Source: Macrostomum hystrix (lineage: Eukaryota; Animalia; Platyhelminthes). From it: DNA of 64,000 nucleotides. Under the pieces are notes generated by a model. That model searched no databases, had not been told where the DNA came from, and saw only the letters and a list, made by a program, of their open reading frames with translations. The position numbers and the translations under genes were made by a program. The stretch spans positions 23,870,001 through 23,934,000 of the forward strand of contig CATNEN010000001.1 in NCBI GenBank assembly GCA_950097015.1. The letters run 5' to 3'. This document shows, one piece after another, positions 49,401 to 60,854 of this stretch. Position 1 is the first letter of the stretch. The number at the start of each line of letters is the position of its first letter.

Positions 49401-50220
49401 TGGGTTTTAAATCTGTCAGGAGATGGGTTTTCAATCTGTCAGGAGGTGGGTTGTCAATCTGTCAGGTGGGTTGTCAATCTGTCAGGAGGTGGGTTTTCGA
49501 TCTGTCAGGAGGTGGGTTGTCAATCTGTCAGAAGGTGGGTTTTTTCGATCTGTCAGGAGGTGGGTTGTCAATCTGTCAGGAGGTGGATTTTCAATCTGTC
49601 AGGAGGTGGGTTGTCAATCTGTCAGGAGGTGGGTTTTCAATCTGTCAGGAGGTGGATTCTCGATCTGTCAGGTGGATTTTCAGCTGCCCACAATGACCAC
49701 CTGCTCCTAAATCCACAGGCGCGCCCTGGATCTGTGCAGCCGCAGCTGCGACCTCGCCGAGCAAGAATCCGGCGGCGCCTACAGCATGGAGCGGCTGAAC
49801 CTTCAGGTTGGCATGAAGCACGTGAACCGGGCCATCCAGGAGATGTTTACGGGGCCCGTAGTGGCAGCTGTGAGCAGGCAGCTCAGCGAGTATGAGCGGC
49901 TGCTCATGCGGGCGGTGCTGGCTGTTCGGCTGCGCACTGGCAGGGATGAGAACCCGGCCGGTCAGGTGTGGTGCTCAGCGAGAGACATTGCGCGTGCGGA
50001 GGGCCTGGACCCGCCCAGCTGGCCTGTTGTGTGCGTCAACCTGGCCTGCCTGAGCTCCATGCGGCTGCTGCTGTGGGACGGCGGGCATCGGGGCTTGGTT
50101 GGCCGAGTCCTGCTCAACTGCTCTCCTCAGGATGTTGAGCTGGGACTGAGGGAGACTCAGCAGCAGCAGCAGCTGCTTCAGTCGGCTGTTCAGGCGGTTG
50201 GGTTGCCTGCTCACGGCTGA
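46412..50220 (+). CDS. ORC1: Origin recognition complex subunit 1; exons 46412-46651, 47213-47749, 47964-48368, 48814-49199, 49719-50220 (start codon uncertain)
   Basis: SLPCREAE, Walker A ISGVPGTGKT, VNGMKVTEP, Walker B LLVDELD, QDVLYNLFDWP, AIANTMDLPER, SRLG and VSGDA|RRALD. All junctions are in phase. Confidence 0.93.
46657..47186. repeat. Composite minisatellite (cacctgacaccaccacctgacaccagctggctcc) filling ORC1 intron 1
   Basis: Tandem copies. Confidence 0.9.
47800..47942. repeat. Minisatellite, 21 bp (ccatcatccgcccctactaca), ORC1 intron 2
   Basis: Tandem copies. Confidence 0.85.
48508..48770. repeat. Minisatellite, ~23 bp (gagaccctactcagcccaaacct), ORC1 intron 3
   Basis: Tandem copies. 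Confidence 0.88.
49212..49682. repeat. Minisatellite, 20-24 bp (ctgtcagg(agg)tgggtt...), ORC1 intron 4
   Basis: Tandem copies. Confidence 0.88.
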
Positions 50221-50870
50221 CCAGCACCTGCGGTTTTAATGAGATACCATGATAGGCTAATCTGACGGGGTTAGACCTTGAAAGTGGATGCTTAAAATTT
50301 CAGCAACAGGCCCTGAAATGTAATTAAGCCTGCTACAGTATACCTGAGAAGGTGGTAAGTGACAACCAAACGTGTTTCAACAAATTTTATCCCTGACCAT
50401 TCTATCCGCTCTTTTTGGATAAGGCAAACTTATTGTGCCATTTTTATCCCAGTTTAATATGCGTTTAAACAAACTCATTAGTTGGCTTATCTCTCAGCTC
50501 TGTTAGCCAAATATGAAATGCATTTCTATAGCAAAATTTAATCTCAGTTTTATTATGTAAATGCGGTGCTGAACCTGTTTAAACGGTGCTTCGGATGTGC
50601 GTTTTAACGTGTCTTATAATCTGCTTGAGCATGAGCAATGAGTCCCTATCACTGTGTGGGCATTTATGAAATAAAACCAATTTTACGACCTAAAAATAAC
50701 ATAAGCACTATTTAACGTCACTCATATTATGTCTAAGATTTAACTGTTAGTATTTTAATGGATTTTTGCGTTTTGGCGCCAATTCAAATTTCTGGCTGAA
50801 TCCCACAGAATAATTTGATCCGGGTGGTCTGTCTCACAGCTGTTTCGGCGTTGCTCCATAAGTTGTTTTA

Positions 50871-53800
50871 AGCTACTCTCTATCAGCTCAAACGCCTCTC
50901 TATGAGCTCAAATGGCTCTCTAACGACTCAAACCACTCTCTATAAGCTCAAATGGCTCTCTAACGACTCAAACCACTCTCTATAAGCTCAAATGCCTCTC
51001 TAACGACTCAAACCACTCTCTATAAGCTCAAATGGCTCTCTAACGACTCAAACCCCTCTCTAAAGCTCAAACGCCTCTCTATGAGCTCAAATGGCTCTCT
51101 AACGACTCAAACGCCTCTGTATCAGCTCAAACGCCTCTCTATGAGCTCAAATGCCTCTCTAACGACTCAAACCACTCTCTATAAGCTCAAATGCCTCTCT
51201 AACGACTCAAACCACTCTCTATAAGCTCAAATGCCTCTCTAACGACTCAAACCACTCTCTATAAGCTCAAATGCCTCTCTAACGACTCAAACCCCTCTCT
51301 ATAAGCTCAAACGCCTCTCTTTGAGCTCAAATGCCTCTCTAACGACTCAAACCACTCTCTATAAGCTCAAATGGCTCTCTAACGACTCAAACCACTCTCT
51401 ATAAGCTCAAACGCCTCTCTATGAGCTCAAATGGCTCTCTAACGACTCAAACCCCTCTCTAAACCTCAAACGCCTCTCTATGAGCTCAAATGGCTCTCTA
51501 ACGACTCAAACCCCTCTCTATAAGCTCAAACGCCTCTCTTTGAGCTCAAATGCCTCTCTAACGACTCAAACCACTCTCTATAAGCTCAAATGGCTCTCTA
51601 ACGACTCAAACCACTCTCTATAAGCTCAAACGCCTCTCTATGAGCTCAAATGGCTCTCTAACGACTCAAACCACTCTCTATAAGCTCAAATGCCTCTCTA
51701 ACGACTCAAACCACTCTCTATGAGCTCAAACGCCTCTCTATGATCTCAAATGCCTCTCTAACGACTCAAACCACTCTCTATGAGCTCAAACGCCTCTCTA
51801 TGATCTCAAATGCCTCTCTAACGACTCAAACCACTCTCTATGAGCTCAAATGCCTCTCTAACGACTCAAACCACTCTCTATAAGCTCAAACGCCTCTCTA
51901 TGAGCTCAAATGGCTCTCTAACGACTCAAACCACTCTCTATAAGCTCAAATGCCTCTCTAACGACTCAAACCACTCTCTATAAGCTCAAACGCCTCTCTA
52001 TGATCTCAAATGCCTCTCTAACGACTCAAACCACTCTCTATAAGCTCAAATGCCTCTCTAACGACTCAAACCACTCTCTATAAGCTCAAATGCCTCTCTA
52101 ACGACTCAAACCACTCTCTATAAGCTCAAATGCCTCTCTAACGACTCAAACCCCTCTCTATAAGCTCCAATGCCTCTCTAACGACTCAAACCCCTCTCTA
52201 AAGCTCAAACGCCTCTCTATGAGCTCAAATGCCTCTCTAACGACTCAAACCACTCTCTATAAGCTCAAATGCCTCTCTAACGACTCAAACCACTCTCTAT
52301 AAGCTCAAATGCCTCTCTAACGACTCAAACCCCTCTCTATAAGCTCAAATGCCTCTCTAACGACTCAAACCACTCTCTATAAGCTCAAATGCCTCTCTAA
52401 CGACTCAAACCACTCTCTATAAGCTCAAATGCCTCTCTAACGACTCAAACCACTCTCTATAAGCTCAAATGCCTCTCTAACGACTCAAACCACTCTCTAT
52501 TAGCTCAAACGCCTCTCTATGATCTCAAATGCCTCTCTAACGACTCAAACCACTCTCTATAAGCTCAAATGCCTCTCTAACGACTCAAACCACTCTCTAT
52601 AAGCTCAAATGCCTCTCTAACGACTCAAACCACTCTCTATTAGCTCAAATGCCTCTCTAACGACTCAAACCCCTCTCTATAAGCTCCAATGCCTCTCTAA
52701 CGACTCAAACCCCTCTCTATGAGCTCAAATGGCTCTCTAACGACTCAAACCACTCTCTATAAGCTCAAATGCCTCTCTAACGACTCAAACCACTCTCTAT
52801 AAGCTCCAATGCCTCTCTAACGACTCAAACCACTCTCTATAAGCTCAAATGCCTCTCTAACGACTCAAACCACTCTCTATAAGCTCAAATGCCTCTCTAA
52901 CGACTCAAACCCCTCTCTATAAGCTCCAATGCCTCTCTAACGACTCAAACCCCTCTCTAAAGCTCAAACGCCTCTCTATGAGCTCAAATGGCTCTCTAAC
53001 GACTCAAACCACTCTCTATAAGCTCAAATGCCTCTCTAACGACTCAAACCACTCTCTATAAGCTCCAATGCCTCTCTAACGACTCAAACCACTCTCTATA
53101 AGCTCAAATGCCTCTCTAACGACTCAAACCACTCTCTATTAGCTCAAATTCCTCTCTAACGACCTCAAACCACTCTCTATAAGCTCAAATGCCTCCCTAA
53201 CGACTCAAACCCCTCTCTAAAGCTCAAACGCCTCTCTAACGACTCAAACCACTCTCTATAAGCTCAAATGCCTCTCTAACGACTCAAACCACTCTCTATA
53301 AGCTCAAATGCCTCTCTAACGACTCAAACCCCTCTCTATAAGCTCAAATGCCTCTCTAACGACTCAAACCACTCTCTATAAGCTCAAATGCCTCTCTAAC
53401 GACTCAAACCACTCTCTATAAGCTCAAATGCCTCTCTAACGACTCAAACCCCTCTCTATAAGCTCAAATGCCTCTCTAACGACTCAAACCACTCTCTATA
53501 AGCTCAAATGCCTCTCTAACGACTCAAACCACTCTCTATAAGCTCAAATGCCTCTCTAACGACTCAAACCACTCTCTATAAGCTCAAATGCCTCTCTAAC
53601 GACTCAAACCCCTCTCTAAAGCTCAAACGCCTCTCTATGAGCTCAAATGGCTCTCTAACGACTCAAACCACTCTCTATAAGCTCAAATGCCTCTCTAACG
53701 ACTCAAACCACTCTCTATAAGCTCAAATGCCTCTCTAACGACTCAAACCCCTCTCTATAAGCTCAAATGCCTCTCTAACGACTCAAACCACTCTCTATAA

Positions 53801-56211
53801 GCTCAAATGCCTCTCTAACGACTCAAACCACTCTCTATGAGCTCAAATGCCTCTCTAACGACTCAAACCACTCTCTATAAGCTCAAATGCCTCTCTAACG
53901 ACTCAAACCACTCTCTATAAGCTCAAATGCCTCTCTAACGACTCAAACCACTCTCTATAAGCTCAAATGCCTCTCTAACGACTCAAACCACTCTCTATAA
54001 GCTCAAATGCCTCTCTAACGACTCAAACCACTCTCTATAAGCTCAAATGCCTCTCTAACGACTCAAACCCCTCTCTAAAGCTCAAACGCCTCTCTATGAG
54101 CTCAAATGGCTCTCTAACGACTCAAACCACTCTCTATGAAGCTCAAATGCCTCTCTAACGACTCAAACCACTCTCTATAAGCTCAAATGCCTCTCTAACG
54201 ACTCAAACCACTCTCTATGAGCTCAAATGCCTCTCTAACGACTCAAACCACTCTCTATAAGCTCAAATGCCTCTCTAACGACTCAAACCACTCTCTATAA
54301 GCTCAAATGCCTCTCTAACGACTCAAACCACTCTCTATAAGCTCAAATGCCTCTCTAACGACTCAAACCACTCTCTATAGCTCAAACGCCTCTCTATGAG
54401 CTCAAATGGCCTCTCTAACGACTCAAACCACTCTCTATAAGCTCAAATGCCTCTCTAACGACTCAAACCACTCTCTATAAGCTCAAATGCCTCTCTAACG
54501 ACTCAAACCACTCTCTATTAGCTCAAATGCCTCTCTAACGACTCAAACCCCTCTCTATAAGCTCCAATGCCTCTCTAACGACTCAAACCACTCTCTATAA
54601 GCTCAAATGCCTCTCTAACGACTCAAACCACTCTCTATAAGCTCAAATGCCTCTCTAACGACTCAAACCACTCTCTATAAGCTCCAATGCCTCTCTAACG
54701 ACTCAAACCACTCTCTATAAGCTCAAATGCCTCTCTAACGACTCAAACCACTCTCTATAAGCTCAAATGCCTCTCTAACGACTCAAACCCCTCTCTATAA
54801 GCTCAATGCCTCTCTAACGACTCAAACCCCTCTCTAAAGCTCAAACGCCTCTCTATGAGCTCAAATGGCTCTCTAACGACTCAAACCACTCTCTATAAGC
54901 TCAAATGCCTCTCTAACGACTCAAACCACTCTCTATAAGCTCCAATGCCTCTCTAACGACTCAAACCACTCTCTATAAGCTCAAATGCCTCTCTAACGAC
55001 TCAAACCACTCTCTATTAGCTCAAATGCCTCTCTAACGACTCAAACCACTCTCTATAAGCTCAAATGCCTCCCTAACGACTCAAACCCCTCTCTAAAGCT
55101 CAAACGCCTCTCTAACGACTCAAACCACTCTCTATAAGCTCAAATGCCTCTCTAACGACTCAAACCACTCTCTATAAGCTCAAATGCCTCTCTAACGACT
55201 CAAACCCCTCTCTATAAGCTCAAATGCCTCTCTAACGACTCAAACCACTCTCTATAAGCTCAAATGCCTCTCTAACGACTCAAACCACTCTCTATAAGCT
55301 CAAATGCCTCTCTAACGACTCAAACCCCTCTCTATAAGCTCAAATGCCTCTCTAACGACTCAAACCACTCTCTATAAGCTCAAATGCCTCTCTAACGACT
55401 CAAACCACTCTCTATAAGCTCAAATGCCTCTCTAACGACTCAAACCACTCTCTATAAGCTCAAATGCCTCTCTAACGACTCAAACCACTCTCTAAAGCTC
55501 AAACGCCTCTCTATGAGCTCAAATGGCTCTCTAACGACTCAAACCACTCTCTATAAGCTCAAATGCCTCTCTAACGACTCAAACCACTCTCTATAAGCTC
55601 AAATGCCTCTCTAACGACTCAAACCCCTCTCTATAAGCTCAAATGCCTCTCTAACGACTCAAACCACTCTCTATAAGCTCAAATGCCTCTCTAACGACTC
55701 AAACCCCTCTCTATAAGCTCAAATGCCTCTCTAACGACTCAAACCACTCTCTATGAGCTCAAATGCCTCTCTAACGACTCAAACCACTCTCTATAAGCTC
55801 AAATGCCTCTCTAACGACTCAAACCACTCTCTATAAGCTCAAATGCCTCTCTAACGACTCAAACCACTCTCTATAAGCTCAAATGCCTCTCTAACGACTC
55901 AAACCCCTCTCTAAAGCTCAAACGCCTCTCTATGAGCTCAAATGGCTCTCTAACGACTCAAACCACTCTCTATGAGCTCAAATGCCTCTCTAACGACTCA
56001 AACCCCTCTCTATAAGCTCAAATGCCTCTCTAACGACTCAAACCACTCTCTATGAGCTCAAATGCCTCTCTAACGACTCAAACCACTCTCTATAAGCTCA
56101 AATGCCTCTCTAACGACTCAAACCACTCTCTATAAGCTCAAATGCCTCTCTAACGACTCAAACCCCTCTCTATAAGCTCAAATGCCTCTCTAACGACTCA
56201 AACCCCTCTCT
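50871..56211. repeat. Satellite array of ~5.3 kb; 40 bp unit made of two related 20-mers (tataagctcaaatgcctctc + taacgactcaaaccactctc)
   Basis: About 130 tandem units, with no ORFs. Confidence 0.97.
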
Positions 56212-56809
56212 GGCACCTCTGAACACCTCTCGGGAGCTCAAATCTCATCCCGAGGCAAACTGTTGGTGTCTTTGAGCATGACTTGATTCCCTAGGGCTTC
56301 AGGTCAACTGGCTCAAAATAAATAAATTGGTTACATCTGGCCCAGCTTGACCAGAAGCCACGTCCATCTATTCCCTATTCTATTCTGTCATGGAGAAAAT
56401 GTAAACAGTAACATAATGGTCATCAAGAATACACACTTGTACCTGCCAGGTAATCTTATTCTGTCGCAAAACAGCTGCAGTAACATCCAAGCAATCGCAA
56501 GCATCAGCGTTTTCACAGCGACCGGATGAAGACCGGAAGTTTGACTCTGGTAAACGGAATGGAGCTTGTGAAATTGACATAACTGCGCTGTCTGTGCAAC
56601 AGCATGGAAGTTTTCTAACTGTTAACAGTTTGGCAATGTTTAACTGAAATGGCTTAGTGAACTTACGATTGTAGCTTGCAGCGAGCCGTTAATCCGTTTC
56701 TGCTAAGCCCAACTGGCACTAATCCGTTTCTGCTGACCCCACTTTGAGCAGTTTTTTAACAGCATTTCAGTTACTACTGCTCAATCTGTCCCCTGACCTA
56801 GTCGGACCC

Positions 56810-59800
56810 ATGGCTGCTGGAGGCCCAAGCGATGACCAGGTGAGGGACTCAGAGCCAATCACAGTGCTCTTTCTATTGCTCAAATATTGACTGAACATGC
56901 CCACTGACAGTTGCATTGCCGACTCTCAGTTGCAGAGACTCGCCCAGCTGACCATCCAGGGCTACTTTGGCCAGGTGCGCCAGCTGGCGACGCGACAGCT
57001 GGTGGCAAGCACAGATGGCAGCGGAAGGACCATCTTGATGCTGGTGGCCGACGCTCCAGAGACTCCCGTGGAGGCTGAGAAGTGCGTATTGTACTTATTT
57101 GAGTTGGGCGCGGATCCGGGAGCGCGTGACGGGGCGGGCGACACGGCAGCGCACGTTGCAGCCAGGCGAAACCACCTGCGGCTGCTGGCGCTGCTGCCGT
57201 TCATTGCGAAGTGGCTGCAGAACGAGCGAGGCGCGACACCGCTGATGGAGGCAGCTCGGGCCGGCAGCTGGCGAACCGCGAAACACCTGCTGCATCTGCT
57301 GAGGCAGAAGAGGTATAATGAGTGTGAGGAGAGACGCAACTCGAAGAGGGAGCTGCTCGGCCTGCAGGACAGCGAAGGTCGAACTGCGCTCGACCTGGCG
57401 AGGCAGGGCGGCCACTCAGAGCTGGCCAGCTACATTAAGCGGTGAGTGATCAGTTCGCTGCTGTGCCCGATTCGCAGCATTGCAGCTGGGGTGGCCTGAG
57501 CATTGGTCTCAGCCCAGCCAATCAGAGCCAGTCAGCTGAAGCCGCTGTTGTTTGCATGGCCCAATGGGATTTCATTTCGGTGCAGTCGCTTTTGCATTTC
57601 TAGTTTAGCAACTCGAGCTAACTAATAAATCGATTGGAGATCACTCAAATGGGAACTTGTCAATCTGGGAAAGCATTAGAGATCCAGGGGAATTTTATGC
57701 TGCAACTGAATTCCCCATGTGTTTATGTCTCCCACGGGCAGTTTCATTCCCCAATATTCTGATTGGCTGAGATTTCACTTCCCTTAACTTGGAGATTCGC
57801 TGAAGTGCTCAGAGAAATGCCTGCTGAATGTTCAGCTGCCTCAGTTTCAGCCCACAGCCTTCAGCTGCCTCAGTTTCAGCCCACAGCCTTCAGCTGCCTC
57901 AGTTTCAGCCCACAGCCTTCAGCTGCCTCAGTTTCAGCCCACAGCCTTCAGCTGCCTCAGTTTCAGCCCACAGCCTTCAGCTGCCTCAGTCTCAGCCCAC
58001 AGCCTTCAGCTGCCTTAGTCTCAGCCCACAGCCTTCAGCTGCCTCAGTCTCAGCCCACAGCCTTCAGCTGCCTCAGTCACCCTCACCGAAAGCCCTGACC
58101 GAATCCTCTTGTCAAATGGCGCACAGCCGAACTGCAAGCAGAGCATTTCATGCAGCAAAACGCCATCAGCAAATCTCCTATGGCCAGTGCACAGATTTGT
58201 GTGCCACATTGGCAGCACTGAGAATTGGCAATTCTCATGCCGCAGTGCTTTCTCGACCCCAACACTTTGCTGATGCAGCGAATTTGAGGCTGAGTAAAGA
58301 TGAGCTTGTCTGAAACTGCTGCCTGTTTGTGTGCGATGAGAATTTCGCATTTGATTTCTTCTGCTTTGCAGGGAGATGCGGCTGCGAGTGGATGAAAATG
58401 GCAGGATCTCCGGCCTGACAGCCTCGGTGAGTGGCATCTGGGGTGCCGATGTGGGTGCAGATGAGCAGCTGTGCTCAAATTCTCCACTCGCCTTTGCAGG
58501 AGGAGGCAGAGCGAGAGGAACTGGAGCTGCTGGCCCATACGGGCGACTCGGCGGGGCTGCGGCGAGCGGCGACCCGCGGCAACTGCGACCTGCCGGACAG
58601 GTGGGGTGGGACAGCTTTAATGCATGCAGCTGAGAACATCCAGTGCTCTGACGGGGCTCTGTGGCAGCATCTGCTGCAGCTCGGGGACCCCACCTGTGCT
58701 GATGTGTATGCTCACAGTTGCCTGCACTGTGCAGCCGAGGCTGGCAATTCTGCCGCAGTCTCCCAGCTGCTCCATGCCGGAGCCTCCGCCAACGCCAGGA
58801 ATGGGATTGAATCCACGCCCCTCATACGGGCAGCCTGGGCGCCCCCCGCCACCGCCGCCGCAGTCGGTCGGGCTCTGCTGGCCGCAGGGTCGGACTGGAG
58901 CCTGAAGAACAGTGATGGCAAGACTGCGCTGGATTGGGCCACAGTGGAGGGAAAGAGCGAACTGGCCGAGCTGCTGCGTGGGTGAGTTGCCATGGCGACT
59001 GAGAATGTCTCTCATCTTGCATTATCGCACTGAGTGGGTGCAGGTCGCAGTGTTTCACTGATCAGAGTCAAAGTGGGTTGCAATTTTTAGCCAAAATATT
59101 TTCTGTCCAATCAGAGTTTTGCTCGCCTCTGCCACTCAAGCAGTTTTGCAGTGCCGCAAATATCACTGAAAAACGAACTCAACTGAGCTAAAATACCACT
59201 CGGGCATCTGGTCACCTTTCACTATTCACTTTTCGACGCAACACTTTGTTGTCCCTTAGCAACTGATTCTGCTGGCTTTTTTCTGCTTGTTTTTGTGCTT
59301 TCTTGGTGAATGGCAACATCAATGACCTTGGACAATGACCTTGGACAATGACCTTGGACAATGACCTTGGCATACAGATAAGTCGCTGGGATATTGTTGT
59401 TTAATGGAGTGCCAGAAGTGCCAGAAGTGACAAGCCAGTGTTAATATCATATTATATTATACTTGTGTTGCTGAATGTTATATTATTCACTAGTTGAAAA
59501 TAACCAATTCCAATAACAATGCCCATGCAGGTACGAAGGCAAGGAGTACTTTGAAAAGCCGTGAGTACATACATTGCTGCTGCTTTTGTTGCATTTCTGC
59601 TCTCTGCAATCTGCAGCTTTTCTGCCCACCTGCCACTTGCTTTGATCAGCCACTAAAAATTCCTCAGGTTTCTCATTGAGCGCTGGGAATCCGTCAAACT
59701 CATCGGCAGGGAGGCTTCGGCGATGTCCACGAAGTACTCACGGACACGCTCATCAGGTGCGCTGCGAAGACTCTCAGACTGCCAGTGCAGCTCGGCGACC

Positions 59801-60642
59801 TGGAGCCTTCAAAGAGAAAGGTGATCGACAAGTTTATTGAGGGCGAGAAGAACCTGTGCCAGCTGCGGCACCCCAACATCGTCAGCTTCTTGCACATCGC
59901 TCAGCCTGAGTATGCGACAGTTGTTGTGTTCATGGAGCTGCTGGATGGCTGCAGCCTGGAGAGATTTCTCGACTCCAAGCCGCTGGGCGAAGAAGCCATT
60001 CGAGAGTTCAGCGAGCAGGTGAAATTTGAGCAGCCTGCTCATGAGTGATGCAGTGAGTTGACTTTTTAGCGTCAGCCGACACCAGTTCCTCAACCCACCC
60101 ACCTGCAGATCTGCAGCGCGCTGCACTACCTGCACAGCCGACAGCCGCCTGTGATCCACAGAGACATCAACTGCAGCAACATCATTGTGCTCAGTGACAA
60201 CAGGCGAGTCAAGCTGATCGACTTCGGCCTGTCAATCAAGCTGGAGCAGTCTGTCAGCCACCTCACAGCCTCCACTGCGACACCGAAGGGCACTCTGAAC
60301 TTCATGGCGCCAGAGCTGCTGGCACCAGACGATGAAGGCCACCCGCGGTACAGCAGAGAGTCGGACATCTGGGCGTTGGGCTGCTCAGTCTTCCAGATGG
60401 CCACGGGAGGCAGGCCCTACTCAAACTGCAGACACTTTGTCCACGTGGCTCAGAAGCTGGAGAAGGACGGAGCCCCCGCCCTGCCTCACGGCTGCTCGGC
60501 GGAGCTGCGGGACTTCTACAGCCGCTGCACCGCCCGAGACCGCAGGAAGAGAAAGTCTGCTGAGGAGATGCTGAGCCACGAGTTCCTGACGGGCGGGCAG
60601 CTGCGAAGGCAGGGCCTCCTTAGCGCATTCAAGCGCAAGTGA
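56810..60642 (+). CDS. Ankyrin-repeat + MAP3K/STE-like protein kinase; exons 56810-56839, 56930(or 56936)-57441, 58372-58426, 58500-58981, 59531-59560, 59668-60018, 60109-60642; 1-nt frameshift near 59710
   Basis: Six GT-AG introns with matching phases (0, 2, 0, 2, 2, 0). Ankyrin motifs are in exons 2 and 4. Kinase motifs: LIGR/GGFGDV, CAAK, LRHPNIV, HRDINCSN, DFG, GTLNFMAPE, SDIWALGC. One G is missing from the Gly-loop G-run (sequencing error or real lesion). Confidence 0.75.
57830..58078. repeat. Minisatellite, 29 bp (ttcagctgcctcagtttcagcccacagcc), intron 2 of the ankyrin-kinase
   Basis: Tandem copies. Confidence 0.92.
58986..58999. promoter_or_regulatory. RFX X-box-like GTTGCCATGGCGAC
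   Basis: 13/14 match to the palindrome, at the same intron position as 9737-9750. Confidence 0.5.
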
Positions 60643-60854
60643 CCCAGATAAATTGCATCACTGTAACTTCTCTACGACCAACCTATATGACACCTGTATG
60701 AACAACCTAAATGACTTGTGTGATGAACCCTTGAGACTTGTTGTTCCAATTGTATCCTAGAATGCTTCCCGAGACCTCTCACATGTTCATGCAGCTGATT
60801 TGACTTTAATTTGATCGCGAGGATCCCGTTACAAACCAGTGTGACAAATCATTC

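Noticed and set aside
50871-56211. CRISPR-like array
   Set aside because: There are no unique spacers and no cas genes, and the context is eukaryotic. It is a simple satellite.
60580-60645. Direct splice from the kinase into the caspase exons as an annotated feature
   Set aside because: Only weak or out-of-phase donors are visible before the TGA, so this is kept as a hypothesis in findings.
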